Below are positions 1 to 11,200 of a stretch of 64,000 nucleotides of DNA, one piece after another. The stretch comes from Macrostomum lignano. Lineage: Eukaryota. The stretch spans positions 1 to 64,000 of the forward strand of contig NIVC01001135.1 in assembly GCA_002269645.1 (NCBI GenBank), in the 5' to 3' direction. A program made the position numbers and the translations under genes. The notes under the pieces are model-generated. The model was not told where the DNA came from. It worked only from the letters and a program-made list of their open reading frames with translations, and searched no databases. Within the stretch, counting starts at the first letter, position 1, and every line of letters starts with the position of its first letter.

Positions 1-504
1 TATTCCCAGTATTTGGAGATTGTATCAAGAGGCATTGGGAAACTGTTTTTCATATTTCACAGCATGATGACAAGTTTCCTGGCTTCCATGCCTCTGCTTT
101 ACTTTTGGATAATTTTGTTTAGTTTGATTTTCTTCATCCTGGTTGACACGCAAGACTTTAGCACTGGTTCTCTATCTTTGTATTCATCCGTGAGAGTCAT
201 ACTGAACATGATCAACTTCAACCTAGACAGTTCCATCGTTCTCATTATTCATTTCGCATTCTTTATGTTTGTCAGCATCAACCTGTTGAACTTTCTCATA
301 GCGTCTGTCACAGAGACGTTCCAGCGGTGCATCAGCGATTTCGACGTGGCGTTCGACCTGCTGCGGCTTCTGGCAGCGCTGAAGACGTTTCGGTACTTTA
401 AGTTTGTACCCCGGTGCAATCACTGGCTAGAAGTGAGATCTCATGGCATCTGCAGACGTCGGGTGGTCGTTGAAGTTGTTCAACCGGCTTTTAAAAGGCA
501 ATAA
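1..504 (+). CDS. TRPV-like channel, C-terminal part (TM4-TM5, pore, TM6, TRP-helix region); runs off the window 5' end
   Basis: Frame is open from base 1 (YSQYLEIVSRGIGKLFF...). Hydrophobic TM5 WIILFSLIFFILV, pore helix, and TM6 ending NLLNFLIASVTETF match the TRP-family LLNxLIAxxxxT motif. About 77% identical (hand alignment, 167 aa) to the paralog at 2133-2700. Confidence 0.8.
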   Translation, partial: YSQYLEIVSRGIGKLFFIFHSMMTSFLASMPLLYFWIILFSLIFFILVDTQDFSTGSLSLYSSVRVILNMINFNLDSSIVLIIHFAFFMFVSINLLNFLIASVTETFQRCISDFDVAFDLLRLLAALKTFRYFKFVPRCNHWLEVRSHGICRRRVVVEVVQPAFKRQ

Positions 505-1305
505 TGTCCTAATCGTCTAAACCAGCGAATACCTTCGTGGCAAAATCCTTTGTTTGGAAGCTTGATTCGCGATGTTTAGCTGGATTAACTTGATTAGAGG
601 CAGGCGATTCAGCTTTCCTAATATTTCTCATACTGCTTAGTCATTGCGCAGAATGCTGTGTCGTTTACCTCGGTTTTCTCCCGTCTCAGTCCGTACATCT
701 ACGAGTACACTGCTTGAATATTTTGCATTCACGAATAAAACGTACTTTGAGCCAACATACGCTCGTATATTCAACTATTTTAATCGTAAGTTTCTGTTGA
801 GTACTACGAGTAGTTTTCACCCGTGAGTGAAACCAGCTTCATTATAAACCCTGGAAGGCGAGTGTTCAGCAGCTATTGCTACGAGCGTACGTACCGACCA
901 ATTTGGAAGGTTACAAATGAAGGTTAGATAAAAGGCTGGGACGTTCAATATTTATTGGCAGTTTATAGCAATCAATTAAAGGTTGTCCCGAAATACTAAA
1001 TGACGAAATTAGCACTTGCTCCTAGCGACTCTTGGATGCTTATCACAGAATCGCGCTTAGAATTTTTATAGTAGATTACGACGCTTGTACAATAATTTAC
1101 CGATTGTAAAGGAATTACACGTAGTACAATAAGGGCCACTTCAAAGCAGCAGAGAAGTTAATCCAAGATTTAAAAGGTTTCCAGAAAAACTTTAAGAAAA
1201 CACATTTGAAAGAGATATGGGATGGGACTTTTGCAAAGGAAAATAGTGCAAAACGAATGACGCATAAATATGAAACTGCAATATTGTTTTGCGCTCTAAG
1301 GTTCA

Positions 1306-2097
1306 TGTTGTACTCGCGACTCTCAGGAAGGTGCACCTACGAGGGTCAGAGTACGCGGGCCCGTGCTGGCCTGCGTCGGGACGCGAGTGTCCGCACGGGA
1401 CCCTAGGTCTGGGCGTCAGGACGCACCCAAGTGGCCGGCACACGCGTAGGGACGCTGTGATGTCGATCACCTTTAGCAGGGCGTCAGGGCGCACAAGCTG
1501 GCGTCTATGTACAGCGGGCTTACAGTACAGGGTGGCCCGTAGCTGACTACCTGGCCTAGTCCCCTGAGTCGGCGTCAGGTCACACGGACTGTCCCTGCTA
1601 CAGCTCCCGAAATGAAGAGACAAGGCAGTGACTTACTTCGCGGATAGCTCGCCCTTGCGCGTGCGGTCAATAAATCGTAGCTGAGGTCTGCTCGCGGCTG
1701 GCGGACCCGATGGTAACGTTTATTGCGTATGTGTTAGGGGAAGGACGGTCTAAAGACGCTGTAATCGGCGCTCTGGGCCTGCGTTGTAGAGTGCGGCAAA
1801 CCAAAACAACCACGGGCCGACAGCCACCCGCCCCGGCCGCGCCTTAAAATGCCACGACCCTCCCGGACCGGGGGCTCCCCCCCGCCCACCCCGCCCCACC
1901 CCGCCCAGCCACCCACCGGCCAATCACGGCGCAGCTGGGGGAGGCAGCCCGGGAGGAAGGCCAAAAGAAAAGGCGGCCCAGCCAACCAGCGCGCAGACAA
2001 CCCAAAGGGCTAAGCGGCTTACACCGCCGAGCCTATCACACCAAAAACAAATACGGAGCAGAGTGCACTTTGGCAGGGCAAGCGCACGGGCACAACG
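1306..2097. mobile_element. Candidate solo LTR (about 792 bp)
   Basis: GC-rich block in AT-richer flanks. Termini TGTTGT...ACAACG (6-bp inverted ends, one mismatch). Perfect 4-bp flanking duplication TTCA at 1302-1305 and 2098-2101. AATAAA near 1669. Confidence 0.55.
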
Positions 2098-2132
2098 TTC
2101 AGAAAGTCGTCGAAAATCTCTAAAAGAATGCA

Positions 2133-4019
2133 TTAAATATCCGGCAAAGATTCCATTTCTCGACTACAGGATCTAAAATTTTGCTGCTTCCGCTTGAATT
2201 CACTTTTCGAGTACAGCCTCTTGAACACCGGTTGAACAACCTCAACGATAACCCGCCGTCTACAGCTGCCGTGAGACCTCACCTCGAGCCAGTGCTTGCA
2301 CCGAAACACGAACCCGAAGTACCGAAACGTCTTCAACGCTGTCAGAAGTCGCAGCAGGTCGAAGGCCACATCGAAGTCGCTGATGCACCGCTGGAACGTC
2401 TCCGTGACGAACGCGATGAGAAAGTTCAGCAGGTTGAGGCCCACAAACACGAAGAACAGCACGTGGATGATGAGAACCATCACGCTGTCCAAGCTGAAGG
2501 TGATCATATTGAGGATGACCTTGACCGACGAGTAGAGCGACAACAGGCCGGTCTCGAAGTCGGGCGAGTCACCAAGATGAAGAAGTCCAGGCTGAAGAGA
2601 ATGATCCAGTAGAACAGCAGCGGCAGCGCGGCCAGGAAGCTGGACAGCATGCAGTGGAAGGTGAAGAAGAGCTTCCCGACCGACTTCGTCACGATCTCCA
2701 TGTACTGCGCAAAGTGCAGCAGCGTGAACGCGATGAAGAGAGTGTTGGACCCAATGAACAGTTGCTCCACAGCTCTACCGTTGCTCTGGTCGCTTGGATA
2801 CAAATTTTCATAGAAATTATCGGACCTCAGGAACGTCGCGACAACTAGAAAGCAGATGCCACTCGCGATTGCAACAAAGTGATAAAAATCAAAGATGGCC
2901 CGTCGAACAAATCTGTCAAGCAGCGACCAGTTGTCCGCAGTCAATATTTTTTTCTTATTTTCGTGTTCAAGCGCAGAGAATCCAGTCTTCAGAGCCGCAG
3001 TGACGCACATGAAGGCAGTCACGAGACTAATCACCAGAAAGTTTATGTCGATGGATTGAAGAAATTCTGCACAGCTTTTGACTTTATTTTTTGCTGATTA
3101 AAAAACGTAAAATAAATGGTTAAATTGCTCAAAACGCTGGCATTGTATCCTGATGATTTTGCAGCAGAAAATGTTGCTCGGTTGCAGTGAATGAGGTTGC
3201 CAAAACAGGCCACCGTCAGCATGATTGATTCGTTCACGGCTGTAAGAAGAAATACCGATGTTGGAACGCTCATCACCAGCAGCCTCAGAAATGTGATCGC
3301 TCGAGTCTGACGGTACGTCAACCGAAGCCACTGTCGGATGAGAGGGTCCTCCATCAGCTTGGACTTCTTGAGCGACTCGACCTGACTCGACGCTACATAG
3401 GTGAGCAGGTGCAGAGGACTCGAGTTGCACCGGCTCCCGTGACACAGGTCGTAGTCGGTGAGGTCGTAGAGACGGACGGCCCAGCCGCCGGATCGAGTCT
3501 CCGATTTCAACAGGTAGTTCGGCAGGTGCAACATCTTGCGGGCCAGTCGGAATGCAGCGAACTTCACGCACGCCTCCAGAGGTCGGAGACCGCTCGAGTC
3601 CTCCTGGTGACCAGCCTGTCTAGCAGACGAGGCTCTCTACTCAGCGTCGAGAGGAGCGCCGTCTCCAGACGCTTGGCTCGCTTGAACCTCGGCGCGTACA
3701 TCTGGCAGCGAGCCAGACTGTGCACAACGGTGCTGCCGTCGAGCTCGAGCTGAGCCGCGTGCTCGGAGCTGTCTTCCAACAGAGCCTCGAACACGCACGG
3801 ACTGCAGCAGAATCGCCAGGTGGATCGCGTATCCGAACTGCAGACTGACGAAGCCCCACTTTCGGCGACTTCTCGGCAAGCGACACCGGATCTCGTGGCT
3901 TTCGGTCACGTCGACCAGAGGCTGGGCGAGCCTTCCCGACAGGTCCGGCTTCAAAGCTCGCATGAAGGCGTCAGGGTCGTCATCACCAGAGCAGCCAGCG
4001 CCGCTTCTGCCGATTCCAT
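2133..4019 (-). pseudogene. Intronless TRPV-like channel (ankyrin repeats + 6TM) broken by about five 1-bp frameshifts; pseudogene or sequencing-error-disrupted gene
   Basis: Joining frames gives MESAEAALAAL/DDDPDAFMRAL...FGYAIHLAILL/FEALLED...DGSTVVHSLA...LVT/EDSSGLRPLEAC (ankyrin-like motifs), then RLYDLTDYD (TRPV LYDLxxxD motif), TM segments and NLLNFLIAFVTETF. Shifts near 3985, 3795, 3603, 3085-3110 and 2570/2571; the last is confirmed by alignment with the intact paralog. Confidence 0.75.
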
Positions 4020-4354
4020 GCTTCGTGTGTTAGAAAGCATAAATGATTGACGGCTATATCTTGAACTTTTTAGCTGCTGCGTCAGAAGACGAGCTGCAGT
4101 CTGTCTCCTGAAGAATAACTATACCAACTATACCTAATATATGACAGAAGTGCTCACGGAGCAATTGCTGATTCAGTCTTCCTATCCCTATGGAACAGCG
4201 TTGTTGGAGGATTCGCTGAGTGGGCGCTCTCTAACCGCGTGCCTCCTATTTTGAATAATTCTGCCCGGGCCCTGTGCCGATCTCCGCAGCTCGTGAGCAA
4301 ACATGCTGTTCTTGTCCCGCTGCGGGGACGCTTCGAGGCTGTAGTCAACTTTCG

Positions 4355-4368
4355 ATCGCCATGGCAAC
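4355..4368. promoter_or_regulatory. RFX X-box motif ATCGCCATGGCAAC upstream of the TRPV-like gene
   Basis: Matches the 14-bp X-box consensus RTHNYYWTRRNRAC; about 340 bp upstream of the ATG at 4019 (minus strand). Confidence 0.55.
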
Positions 4369-5295
4369 AAGCATTGATTAATCTGCGCCTGCGTGCTTGT
4401 CCCATTTCCTCACTAGGATTTCGTGGGATTTCGATAACGATTTTACAAGGGGCCTAATAGGGAATCGGCAATAGACGAATCGGATACAGTGTTTGAAGTG
4501 CTCTCCTTGCCCTTTAGCTATTGGAAATCTAAAATAAACAGTAAATGGCCGATATTTTGTTTAATCTGTGAGTTTACTGTTTCACCCAGAGCTGATTGCT
4601 AATTTCATATTACTGTTTGCCCGCGTGAACAACCTGGTGGCCTGGAGTACTTTTGGCTCAGTGCTATATAGTTAATAACGAAGTACCTGATGTTAAACTC
4701 AGAACAAGTTTTAGACTCGTGAGGTTCTGGTAGTCCGGGGGTTGCAATTTACTTTTATAGCTTCAACTTTCATGTCGGGGTTTCGCCAGTGAGTATGCGT
4801 TTTTAAGCGCAATAAAAATGCGTCAAGCTTATGTAAGTAAAGCTACAAGTCTCAAGCAGAAATTACGGTAAATACTGTTTAGGCGGTGAAAGCGGATTAA
4901 TACATTATTATGTTGGGTAGGATAATTTATTACTGGCTTGTGCCAAATTTTTCTAGCAACAAAGGAGAAGGGAGGGCGAAACTAGCTCGGCTGCAATGAG
5001 GAAACGAACAATTTTTTTATACGGGAAAACTCTACGAATAGTAAGTAGTATGCTAAGCGCATGACAGGCATATATTATTAATCTCATTATAAAAGCTCAG
5101 TCGATCCTTCAATTAAATCGATGTTTTTGTTTCTTAAGAGCAAGCGAGGTGAGAAAATGCAGAACGGCGCTTATCATGAGCTTCTGTACAAATCCGATCG
5201 CGCCTTGGTCGGGGCGCGCTGATCCGAGGCAAAGCTAGGCAAGGATGACCGTGTGACGAAGGAAGCGAAGGAAGCCAGTAAACCAGGTGCTCAGC

Positions 5296-8200
5296 TCAGT
5301 TACCGCCGCCTCCGGTGAACAGCGACACCAGCTTGTTTGGCTTCAGCCGCGACGTCAACGAAGACATCTTTCTGCGCACCGGAGAGGTTGCCGCGGCAGC
5401 CGTCGACTTTGCAGCCGATGCTGCGGCACCCGCCGCCGACTGTTGCTGCTTTGGTGCCTCCTGAAGTCGATTGGCAACCTCTTGAGCGCGCCTGGAATCA
5501 ATGCGTGCTTGGATTCAAGAACGGTGCAGTATGGAAGCCCTCAGTTCGATGACCTCAGTTTGATTTGACCCCAGATTAAAAGAGAAATACGCATTCGACC
5601 TTTGCGCTGAACTGCCAGTTGAAATCTGCAGCCTTCCAGTCTACGCAGCTGCATCAAGCCCTATTAGATATTTTATTGGGCAAATTGCAGCCGGCCCAAT
5701 GCGCAGCAGTTAAAAAAACAATGGCCTGCTGTCATTCTGGACCCACCCCCGGCTGCAACTCTTTCCTGTGCAGATCACTTCCGAAGTGGTACTGGATGAA
5801 TTGGAATTCCGGAATTACATGTTAAGCAGCCTGGGGCCGCCCCCCCCCCGTAAGCCATTTGGATTGTAAATAAAAACTTCAAAGGAAGTGCGCACGAGTG
5901 AATAGAGAATGCATTGCACTCAAAAGCTACATTTAGGTGCATAACAGCTTCTCAGAGATTTGATGTTACAGGGGAGGCCCGTAGCCTAGTGGTCTAGCGC
6001 AAGCCCAGGCTCGATTCCAAGTGCAGCCAAATTAATTTGGGGCTAAATTGGAATCTCGGCTTGGCTCTGCTCGTGCAATTAACGCCCTTGAGGGCCAACC
6101 TACCAAGGCCCAGTGAAGTGTACATGCCTAACGATAAATAAAGTTAAGGCCGCTGTACACTCTTGTGTGAGTGTGCCTGTGCGTCCCGGTACCCAGGCTA
6201 AGAAGCGCCCTAGAGTCAATTGTGTCGCCCCAGAGTCGTTTCAGAGTCGCTGCAGCTAACTCAGGTAAAATACGAAAGAAGCGACTCTAGACGACTCTAA
6301 ATAGACGAGATTTCACCGAGAAGTCGCCAAAAAGTCGTTAAAGAATCGTCCAAGAGTCAATTTTAAGCGTTCTATTGTCTGCGACTCTGAAATCACTCTG
6401 TGGCGACACAAGTAACTCTGGCACGACGATATGACGAGCTTGGGCCGTAGGGTTATATTTGAGGCGTGCTAGAGTCGCTGTAGTTAAGCGCCAACACGAC
6501 GACTCTTGGACGACTCTTTCGTGACTCTTACGACTCTACAACTCATGTGACGTGCTCGTGACGCAACAGTCGCATTAGGTGCGTTTGGGTCGTTAAAAAG
6601 TCCGAGAGTCGATCCAGAGTCCCTAGAGTCACTAGTCAGCTGTTTGCAACGACCTTTTAGTGATTCTTTGTCACGGTATCGTTTTCAATGGGCGTATGAC
6701 TGCGTACGTATCCGCACACTTGTGTGCCTCCTGCTCAGGGGAGTCGGTGGAATGGGCAATAATGGACACAGCCCTTCTGCCTCCAACAACAAATCGGATG
6801 TTGCAGAAACCTACCTGGTGAGATCTTCAACCTCCACCAGCATAGAGTCCTGCTCCATGTGCAGATCGTCCCGCTCAATTAGGCTTTTAACCAGGTCCTC
6901 GTTGTGCGCTGCGCGAATGGGTGAGAGGCGGGTTTGAAGCGTTTGTTTATTTAGTGAACCGATTTGTTTAAATTAGCTTGTTAGGTCTTAGTGGCCAAAA
7001 TCGCCGAAAGATAAAAGCGATAAAGGCTCTCGCTTTGTTTGTGCGTCCATCGTCTGGTTAAGCTAGCGATGTGACCGATGTCCTATTCTGGCCTAATTTT
7101 CTTTCGCTGAGAAAATGAATGCCAGCCACTAATGGATCATCTCTATAGAGTCGCTCCTATAGAGGCTCTCTGTCAGCCTCTGGAGCTGTCAGATGCAGCA
7201 AAGCAACGCTTTAAGCCTGGAGGCTGTGCTGGAGGTCCAAAAATTCGAGGCTAAGAGGCGAAAAGGGGGAGAGCGAACAGCGGAAAGACGCGCGCGCGAA
7301 GCCTCGCCTTCGCCTTTGGAGAGGCTCGCGGGCTTCAGGCGGGCGCAGATAATGGATGACGGCGGCGAGTGTTTTGGTCCCGAGGCCCGAGGGCTGCCCG
7401 GAATTCAAGACGGCTCGCCACGGGTCCCGTTGAAGGCCAAAATGGAGAGAAAACACACACGCAGCCGGGCAGACAGACAGCGCCAATGCTTCATTTTCTT
7501 CCCAACATATTTTTCCTTGCCCGGAAGAATTACCCGTATTTTCCCCCATTATAGTTCCCACTATACTGCTCCCATATTCGCCAAATAGAACTGTATACAC
7601 TTTTGTGCATTACTGCATCCTGGCAGACTGGGGGAAAGGCCGATGGAGGCTTCCCGTTTTCACTTTCTCTGCAGTGATTACCCGAACGCCCACGGACGCT
7701 TGCGCAGCTACTGGGCCTCCCAAATCTCTTCATGCTGCAGAATATCATGGCCAATTCCATATGCCAGTTCCACGGCGTGGGAAACAGGGGACCCCGATTC
7801 CTTCTGAGGTCGAACGGGACGGGACGGGACGAACTTTCGGGCCGAGGCGATGCAGGAGCAGCTGCTAAAAGTCGGACGTCATTATCTTCTGGGCCGCAGT
7901 CTCGACGATGCGGCGCGACCCTCTTCCCCCCCTGGAATTCTAGGAAATAGTGCAGCTCGCTAGCGGCCGCTTATATGGTCAGAATGAGGACTCTACACCA
8001 GCCCATCAGCGAAGCTTTATGATGGCCCAGTCGATCTTTACTGCCATTGCTGGCTGGCGCTTTTCGTTATATTTTTCCTAAGCTACCATCTATATAGTCA
8101 AAATAATAACGGATGATAATAAGCAATAGCAGGTGCGCTCGTTAAAACTGATGTGCAGGTGCTGTTTTACAGCCCAAAACAGGACGGGACAAGTCGCCGC

Positions 8201-11200
8201 AAGCTACCGATGGGAGGGGCCTAATGAGCTGTCCAAAATGGCGCTGAATAGCAATGTAGCCCGAATAGTTCCGGCTAATCTGCGAGGAAGAAACTAGGTG
8301 TGTATACACTCACTCTCAATGCGGCACAGCAGGTCATTGTGAATGACTTGCAGGGCCCCGAGGCTCAGCTGCTGCAGGTGGGCCCGGTGGAAACGGCGTG
8401 CTGCGGCTGGGCTGACGCCCATCAACTCGGCAACGAGATCGCGGCTGGCGCGGCTGCGCTGCTCGTGGCGTTCCACCTCCAGTTGCATGCGGGCCATTGG
8501 TCGGGCCTGGAGGTCGGTTGGTTGGTTTGTTAGGTTGCATATTGGAGCTTAGTGGGGTGGGTGTGCGGAGTGAGGTGGGTGTGTAGAGTGAGGTGGGCGT
8601 GTGGAGTGAGGTGGGTGTGCGGAGTGAGGTGGGCGTGTGGAATGAGGTGGGCGTGAGGAGTGAGGTGGGTGTGCGGAGTGAGGTGTGTGTGCGGAGTGAG
8701 GTGGTGAAGAGAAAGTGAGATGCAAGTCAAGAGTAGCGAATTGAACTTTCTACGATGGGACCCGGCTGTCTGGTACACCATAAATTAATCTTGGATTTTT
8801 AAGGACAGAAGAGAACGCACTTGTGCCAGGGCCAGCTGAGCTTCGGCCTGCAGTTGCGCCTGCCGAGTCAGCAGGCCATCGCTGGCTTCTGAGCAGCAGG
8901 TGCCGGCCGAAGCGGCGGCGCCAGCGGTAACAGCAGATGCGGAACCGGATGCAGAACCGGACAGGCTGCTGGTACTGCAGCAACTGGTAGCTGCGGCGGT
9001 AGATACGCCAGTAATTTGACTGTCCGATGCTCCCGATGGGTTCAGCGGCTGAAGCTGTCGGATTCAGACTTTGAGGCTTATCTAATGATCATAAAACTTC
9101 TAATAAAATCGTAAAAGACTTTCTAAGACTCGAGGAAGACTTTCTAAGAATAAAATATGATGACAGCATCCCACAAGGATGCGAGTTCTCCATCTCTCAC
9201 CTCGGATTTGTAGGCATCGCAGATTCCGGAGTCGGAGACCAGCGTAGAAGAATTGGCGCTGGCGGCTGTTGAATCATCGGTGTCGGCCGCGTCGTCTTGG
9301 CGGGCTCCGTCGGCAGTGGCGCAGTCGCCGTCCTCTTCGTCGCTGGTGAGATCGCTGATGAAGCAAAGCTGCATGGGAGCAGCAGCCTGATGAGGGATTT
9401 CAAAGTGAGTTGAGTTGTTAGCGTGGTTATTTAACCTCAAGTTCTGTTGTTAAACTTCCAGATTTTTTTCAACAATAATTAAAAAATTTAGGTTACCATG
9501 GCAACGAAAAAACTCGTTTTAACGATGCTTCCTCTTCCAGCAGGTTTGACTAATCTATGGGATAAGCCTATGCTTGTGATTACTCAACCCAGTTCTACTG
9601 CGAATGGTTTCTTCACCTGCGACACCTGTGCTCGCCGCCGTTTTTGCTGCGGCCTGAAGCTCTGCTCTCTGTCAATCGCTGCGCCATGATTTTCAACACC
9701 GTCCGGCCCGTCGGCCGGGCTGGCGGCCTCCTCCGAGCAGTCCGAGTCCGAGGCGGCGTCGTTGCGGAAGCACATCTCCATGCCGTTCGACTGCGCCGGT
9801 GCCAGCGCCAGGCCGGAGCCCGCCATGGTTGCCGTGGCCGATGATGACGCGGTGGTGGCCGTTGACGAGGACAGGCCGACGCAGCCGGGAACGCCGTTGC
9901 CAAAGCAACCGGCTACGGCCGCCGAAGTTGAAGCCAAGCCGCTGTCCACATCGTCATCTTCGACCGACATGCTCAGTGCCTGCAGCACGCGTTCCCGCTC
10001 CGAGAGGCCGGCAGTCTGGGTTATGGGGTGGGTTAAATGCTTTTGAATTCATTGTACAGACTTCTCTCTCCCTCTCTCCCACACTGTACACTGAATGTAC
10101 ATAAAGCAGTCAATCTGTCGTCCCCCTAGGCCCTTCTTTCCAAACCAACCCCCAATTTACACCCTGCCCCCTTGTTTCGCGTACATTGATGTACACAGCG
10201 TCTGCCATATTAAGCTTCTTGGGTCTAAGCTCTCGATCATCATCTTCTCTTTTGTCAATTTCATGCCATCGTTTTTGTGTGCGTCATGGTTAAAGTACAT
10301 GAACCAAACAGACTCTTTCTGACTTTTTTCGAATCGATTGAAATAAAATGTTAGAAAATTTTGGTCGATTTTATGTCAAGAATTCATGCAGTACCGTCAT
10401 TTCAATATTAAACTAGGATGGGAGATCTGCATCGTTGAAAATTACCACAGGACGAAAAGGCGTTGATGAAGCAAATGAAATTTACTTCGCAAAAAGCGAA
10501 AGAGCTGCGTAATTAACAGAGGAACGGAGGAGCCAAAATGAGCTTCAAGCAGACTACTTTTTCACGCCAGCTTGGCTTAGCTAGGCTTGACTTGACTTTT
10601 CACTCATTAGTGTTCCAGGCGGTCCCGATTCTCAGTTACTCTGCTTCTTTCCTTGAAGCTCAGTGAGGATTCAGGAAGACTTTTGCTGCTATTCTATTCT
10701 GCTGAAAAAACACACAAACTTCCAGAGCAAATAAAATGAGCCCTCGTGCTTGAATTAACTTGAGTTGAGAGATTTAAAGAGAAAAGGCAGACGAGGGAGA
10801 AGACTGGTAGCTCGTAGCGGCAGAGTGAGATGCGGCTGCTTCTCAGGACTTCTCCTAAGCTGAGTGAAGAGTTCTTAATTGCTGCTCCATCCGTCACGCC
10901 AGTTGGGTATAGCAAATGGCACTTCAACTTGACGATGGTAGCTTTGTTCAAGACAGCCGCTCGCTCCCGGTCCTCTCTCCTTCATCTTTATACACCAGCT
11001 CCCGTTCCTCGCCCGATTCCAGCGTCCGTGCTTCATCCTACTTCATCGCGACTCATAAAAATCGTCTTTACTGACGATCAATCGATCCTGACAGACGGAA
11101 CTTTGCATTCTGAGTAGTCAGAGGCTGTGACAGGAATTTTTTGTAGAGCCAAGTGCTACAGCAGGCGTCTAAGTCTTGGAATCGAACACACCCGGGTTCG

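Noticed and set aside
5971-6020. tRNA gene (also 34590-34645, 11143-11210)
   Set aside because: Only A- and B-box remnants; no full cloverleaf; continues into a SINE body.
7193-7950. Short overlapping ORFs in SCHIP1 intron 6909-8313
   Set aside because: GC-rich sequence with no family motif; expected by chance.
10627-11117. Possible nested gene fragments
   Set aside because: All frames are interrupted; no recognisable domain or consistent splice pairs.
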